Assembly: GCA_964016885.1 (NCBI GenBank)
Contig: OZ024745.1
Span: 43,338,001-43,402,000, forward strand
DNA length: 64,000 bases
Direction: 5' to 3'
Source: Eledone cirrhosa
Lineage: Eukaryota
Shown here: positions 58,889 to 64,000 of the stretch, one piece after another
Layout of the letters: each line of letters opens with the position of its first letter
Numbering within the stretch: the stretch's first letter is position 1
Made by a program: the position numbers and the translations under genes
The notes under the pieces: model-generated
The model's database searches: none
What the model saw: the letters and a program-made list of their open reading frames with translations, nothing else
What the model was told of the DNA's origin: nothing

Positions 58889-58995
58889 ACAATCAAATGT
58901 AATAAACTAGCTTTTGTTTCTTCATTTCTTTTTATTTGTCACAATCAAATGTAATAAACTAGCTTTTGTTTCTTCATTTCTTTTTATTTGTCACA
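58889..58995. repeat. Perfect 52-bp tandem duplication
   Basis: ACAATCAAATGTAATAAACTAGCTTTTGTTTCTTCATTTC...TTTGTC starts at 58889 and again at 58941. Confidence 0.9.
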
Positions 58996-59507
58996 TTGCT
59001 GTGTTCCTCTCATGGGGTCTAACTGTATGTGGTTGACATTTTAGTCTGTTTCAAAGATTTACCATTCTCTTAACCTCTGCATTGTGTAACTAACTATTTT
59101 CTTCTGTGGCAGGTGAGAAACTCTTTAATCTGGGGAATACATATAATATTTTATTACATGGATCATGTTTGTCTTGCATGTCATAAAGAGTTAAATGTTT
59201 TAGGTTGTAGTGGGGAGCTACACAGGAAAGGTATAATTGACATGTAAAGGTGAAAAGGCTAAATAACTCAGGTATCACACTACCTGATCTATAGATATGT
59301 ATTTCATTGTCTCAAAGTAAAACAATGCTACATTGTTTTTATTCCCTTAGCTATGCCCCAGGATTTAGCAGCTATATCAAACCATCAACAACATTAAATG
59401 ATGATGATAGTAGTGATGTTGATCATGACGAGGATGATGATAACAAATGTTCCATTTTTTTTAAAGATTATATTGCATATTCTTTGTGATATTTTTCAAA
59501 TTAATAA

Positions 59508-59690
59508 TTGTTTCTACTTTTGGCACAAGGCCAGCAATTATCCCAGTGCATTACTGGTACTTTATTTTATCGACCTTGTAAGGATGAAAGGCAAAGTTAA
59601 CCTCGGCAGGATTTGAACTTTGACCGTAAACGGACGTAACTCTATGCTGGAAAGCATGGTGTCCAACCCTCTACTGATACTGCCAATCCA
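59508..59690 (-). mobile_element. SINE family A copy
   Basis: Reverse complement of the family A consensus. Confidence 0.87.
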
Positions 59691-60620
59691 GTGAATACAT
59701 TCTATTCAATTTTTCAATTTAATACCAGACAATAATTCCATATAAGTAATAAATGTCATACCTAACTCAATTCCACTGCAAAAACTCTTATATTCACTTT
59801 TCATTTATTTTATCATAACCAACTGTTTTATCAACAATGTGGATAGGTGTTGCTGACCACTGTCTGTGGAAATGCTTTTGCAGTCTTGTTCGTGGGGCAT
59901 AGCCCCAACACCGCCATGCCCTAGGCCCAGAGCCTATCACCCTCCCTCTTCCCTCAATTCTTCTGTAGCCCTAGAGCCCTTGCCTTTCCATTCCTTTTCC
60001 GTTTTATATATTTGTAGTGTTTTCTTAATTATTTTATAGCCATTCATTCATGTAGTTACTCATTAAGAAGTAAAAGAGGTAATAAGCAAAGTATGGACAT
60101 ACAAATATGAAATTAATACTATTGAATGTTTAGTGGGGTGTTGTAAATCAAAACAGAAGAGATGGGCAAGTAGACTAGTTGCCATGGGTTTTGAGATGGG
60201 GTGCCAGTTCTCTTCAAATTTTACTTCTTTTATTCTCTTCTGTTACTTGTAGCTAAATCATATATACCACATGTACATGTAATCCATACATTAATCATAT
60301 ATATTTAGTACTGATTACAAAAATATTTAATGCATAGTTTGAAACTGAGATCTCTATTTCACGTCTGGTCTGGACAAATTATGAGCTGTGCATGGACTTG
60401 GGTGTTTTAAAGATATAAGAAAGAATCTGTTACTCTTTCTATAGTATCTAATCTATGTAGATAGATTCATGGAATTAGAGGTTTAGAGATGAGTTTGTTA
60501 GAATTTATCGTCCCAAACATAAATGTTACAATGAAGAAATTATTTTCACTATGCTCTTATTTCCTAATGTGTGAAAGTGAATATATTTATAAGAGCTGCA
60601 TGACATTATTTATTGGTAGT

Positions 60621-60799
60621 GGATTGGCAGTATCGGTAGAGGTCGGATGCCATGCTTTGACACATTGAGTTACAGCCCTTTCCAATCTGAGTTCAAATCC
60701 CGCCGACGTTAACTTTGCCTTTCATCCTTACAGGGTCGATAAAATAAAGTACCAGTAATGCACTGGGTAATTGCTGGCCTTGTGCCAAAAGTAGAAACA
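60621..60799 (+). mobile_element. SINE family A copy
   Basis: TSD ATTATTTATTGGTAGT at 60605-60620 and 60800-60815. Confidence 0.9.
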
Positions 60800-61828
60800 A
60801 TTATTTATTGGTAGTACAAATTGTATTATTCATTTAGGGTCTAATTGATATAACATTTTGGTTTGTAGTGTCAATTTCAGCCCTTCAAAGGTAGTATCTG
60901 TGTAACAGTTAACCTAAATTTAACCTAAAAAAATATTTGGAACTCTTCAGCTATATTTTCTGTCTGTGATACCTATCACTCTAACCACCTATTACTCTAG
61001 CCTACTCTCATTTAAATTCTTCTACTTCACTCACTTTTCCTGTTTGCTACTCTAATCAAATGTGACAGATAAAAAGTTTATCCTTCCACCTTCATTTTCT
61101 TCTACTGTCACTGTCTGTCTGCTCTTTTACACCCTTCTACTTTAATACTATCTCCTTATTGTGAAATCAAATAAATACTCATAGCTAATATATGTCAATG
61201 GTTTATGGCTAACTGAATTCACCATATTGGTACTTGTATTGATTATAGAGGAATGAAAGTCAAAGTCAACCATCACAGAACTTGAAATATTTAAAAAATA
61301 GTGTATCAAACTAGGCACTGCATTGGGAAATAGTCTGTCACCTTAATTTATGATTATAAGTAGGTGGAAAATTGGTAGAGCTGTTAGAATGTTGGATAGA
61401 ATGCTTTGCAGTATTTGTTCCAGCTCTCTACATTCTGAGTTCAAATCTTGCCTAGGTCAACTTTGCCTTTCATCTTTTTGAGGTTAATAAAAATATGCAC
61501 CAATCCAGTACTTGGGTTGATTCTTCTTCTATATTTCTTTCTCATTTCCTCTTCACCACTCTCTGCCTTTCTCTGAAAAATAAAATGACTATGTTCAGAC
61601 CTGGTTAAAGATGTGTTCCACTAGGTTTAAAATGCCCAACATGTGCCACTACAACTCTATCAGTAGTTATGGGTCCATACATAAAATGATTATGAATGTG
61701 ATAAGGTAAGACCTAACTGAAATTCTAGCCATATGAGTTAGAAAAGCAATAGAGAGAGAATTTCCAAGAAACAAGCGTGTGTGTTTTTAGTATTAAAATA
61801 ATTCAAATAATTTTCTTTATTAAATATA

Positions 61829-62126
61829 GGCACATGGCTTAGTGGTTAGAGCATTGGCCTTGCAATCGAAAGGTTGTGAGTTCAATTCTCAGACTGGGTG
61901 ATGTGTTGTTTCCTTGAGCAAGGCACTTTATTTCACATTGCTCCAGTTTACTCAGCTGTAGAAATGCAAAGTGGTTGTGGAGGTGCCACGGCAAAAAAGC
62001 ACCCAGCACTCACTGCAAATGAGGTTGGTGTTAGGAAGGGCATCCAGTTGTAGAAATCAAGCCAGAATCAGTTCCCGTCCCACCCTTGCAAGCAGGGAAA
62101 AGTGGACGTAAAATGAAATGATGATG
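61829..62126 (+). mobile_element. Full-head CORE-type SINE family B with RTE-derived tail
   Basis: tRNA head, CORE-like block, and tail CCCGTCCCACCCTTGCAAGCAGGGAAAAGTGGACGTAAAATGAAATGATG. Confidence 0.9.
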
Positions 62127-63937
62127 AATGATGAATTGCAGTTGTCATTTGACAAGTTTAGCAAACTAAATTATGTCTATTTGGTTGTCTTACTTGGAAT
62201 GGAAGTGCAAATAAAAAGAAATAAAATTATTAAAAATATAAACGTTACTTAGACAAAGAGATTACAGTTTTCTTTTATAATATATGAGAATGTGTCTTGC
62301 TTGGAATGAAAGTACACGTAAAATGCCTAAATTGTAAAGAAATATAATTTTTATTTAGGTAAACTGTGAGGAAATTTTACTTTGACTTTTGTAATATGTG
62401 AGAATGTGTAGGTGTGTATTTATAAGTATTTATAAGTATTTATAAGTTTAGAAGGTGTTAGTTATTGGTAGATAAATTGCTCTGAAAGGTTTTGACACTT
62501 TAGTAATGCTCTAGTAAAATAATGACCCATTAACACTTAATTTTAAGCATATCCTGGGTGATATTAAATCAAAAGGTGGCTTCTTTAAGAGGCTTAGTAC
62601 TAATGGGTTTATTCAGTCTAGGAATGTCTTAAAAAAAATTGACATTAAAAGAACTTAGGTGAATCTAAGAACATTTTTATCAATAGGTATGACTATTTTA
62701 GTGTTTTTTAGTTTTTTTAGTTTTGTTGAAACCTGGAAACATATTAATTTTTACAGGTAACAATGCTCTAATAAAATTGAGATGGATTGCAAAAAAAAAA
62801 AGAAGTCTAAGCATTTTGAATCTAGTCATTTTTTTTTCAAAACACTGTATTCCTGTATTTTGTAAGAAGCAACTAAAAGGGATGGTGTCAGGAAGGGTAT
62901 CTGGCTTTATAACACTGCCTCAAAAGGTCCCATCCAACCCATGCCTTCATGAAAAAGTTGACATAAAAACGACGATGATGATTTACTTCTATATTCTTTT
63001 ATCTAGATGTACATATTTTAACAATATTATGAAAACCAATGTAAATAATGTAATTGAGTGTAGAGTGTGGTATTTTTTTTACATATCTTTGGTAATAAAT
63101 ACTGTAATGGAATGATACTGGTATTATGTGTTTCCTCATCAGCAGACCATGGAGGGATTAAGCTCCTATTATGAATCACACTATGTTAGTGCTACTTCCA
63201 ATTACTGTAAGCTATTGAAACTCTACAAGTTTAACACCTACCAATAGGATCCTTTCTCTAGCAGTGTGAAACAGTTTGGATGTTATCGGAAAATGTTTAG
63301 TATTTGTATCTACAACAAAGTGATCTCTTCTCTCAGTAATCCACAAAGCACAAATAACATGTAGCTGTGGTCATTCTTATTATGTACAGCAATTATTTTG
63401 TTGTATCATGAGTTAAAGGTGGTCTCCAGTTTGATTCTGATACCAGCCAAAAAGAACATTATGGATCTTGCCACAAATCCTTGGCATCTCTTATGTTAGG
63501 TGTGGGTAGAGTCAAGGAATGTATTTTTATATTTAGTACCTGGAGATTTTTCTCCATACCTGGATTAAACACAACTCTGTTTGCTTCCACAAAAATCAAA
63601 GAATTGTTAGATTTACCTGTTTACTCTTAGTTACCAAGGCAAGGTGGATAATGTAGTACAGTGCCTGTATAACCAGGTTTAAATCTTGTGTTTATTAGTC
63701 CAGCATATAAACTTCCCTGCCACTAAAAATGGATTTTAGCCAAAATGTTCTGAGTATGTGTGTTACATATTAGACTAAGTATTTTATTAACCTGAATATT
63801 TTCAAGATATTAATTATATACAGCTTGTCGGCATTTCACTTTTTTTCAATTTTTGAAGTTTGATATTTATATTTGCACTGACATTGAGAGATAAGTTCTC
63901 CCCCCCCCCTCTCTCTCTCTCCCGCTCTCTCTCTGTA

Positions 63938-64000
63938 TCATCATCATCATCATCATCATCAACGTTTAACGTCCGTGTTCCACGCTTGCATGGGTTTGGA
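63938..64000 (-). mobile_element. RTE/SINE 3' tail running off the window edge
   Basis: Identical to the tail at about 19075-19133. Confidence 0.75.

Noticed and set aside
61829-61900. tRNA genes at SINE heads
   Set aside because: A/B boxes continue into SINE bodies and I could not build a complete cloverleaf.

Overview
AT-rich, repeat-dominated eukaryotic DNA. The SINE/RTE repertoire and very long (TA)n/(TG)n tracts suggest an octopus or other coleoid cephalopod (inference). The only host-gene sequence I can support is one 71-nt coding exon of an inositol 1,4,5-trisphosphate receptor (ITPR, 43099-43169, +); I could not find its neighbouring exons in the window. The rest comprises the GIY-YIG end of a Penelope-like element (PLE), a 5'-truncated RTE LINE with a PHD finger, two abundant tRNA-derived SINE families, TA- and TTAA-flanked MITEs, roughly 14 kb of compound microsatellite (the source of all long YI/CV 'ORFs') and a 200-N gap. 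The main unexplained signal is a set of minimal type I hammerhead ribozyme (HHR) folds with palindromic or near-palindromic stem III. Five are well formed and three are degenerate, and several have non-canonical cores (U3-A8, U4C, A9G). One follows the PLE endonuclease ORF. Two lie in the 161-bp inverted arms of a 2.2-kb non-coding element, and one ends a 730-bp island inside a (TA)n tract. There is also a perfect 148-bp inverted duplication about 7.15 kb apart. All structures were read by eye; no folding or database search was run.
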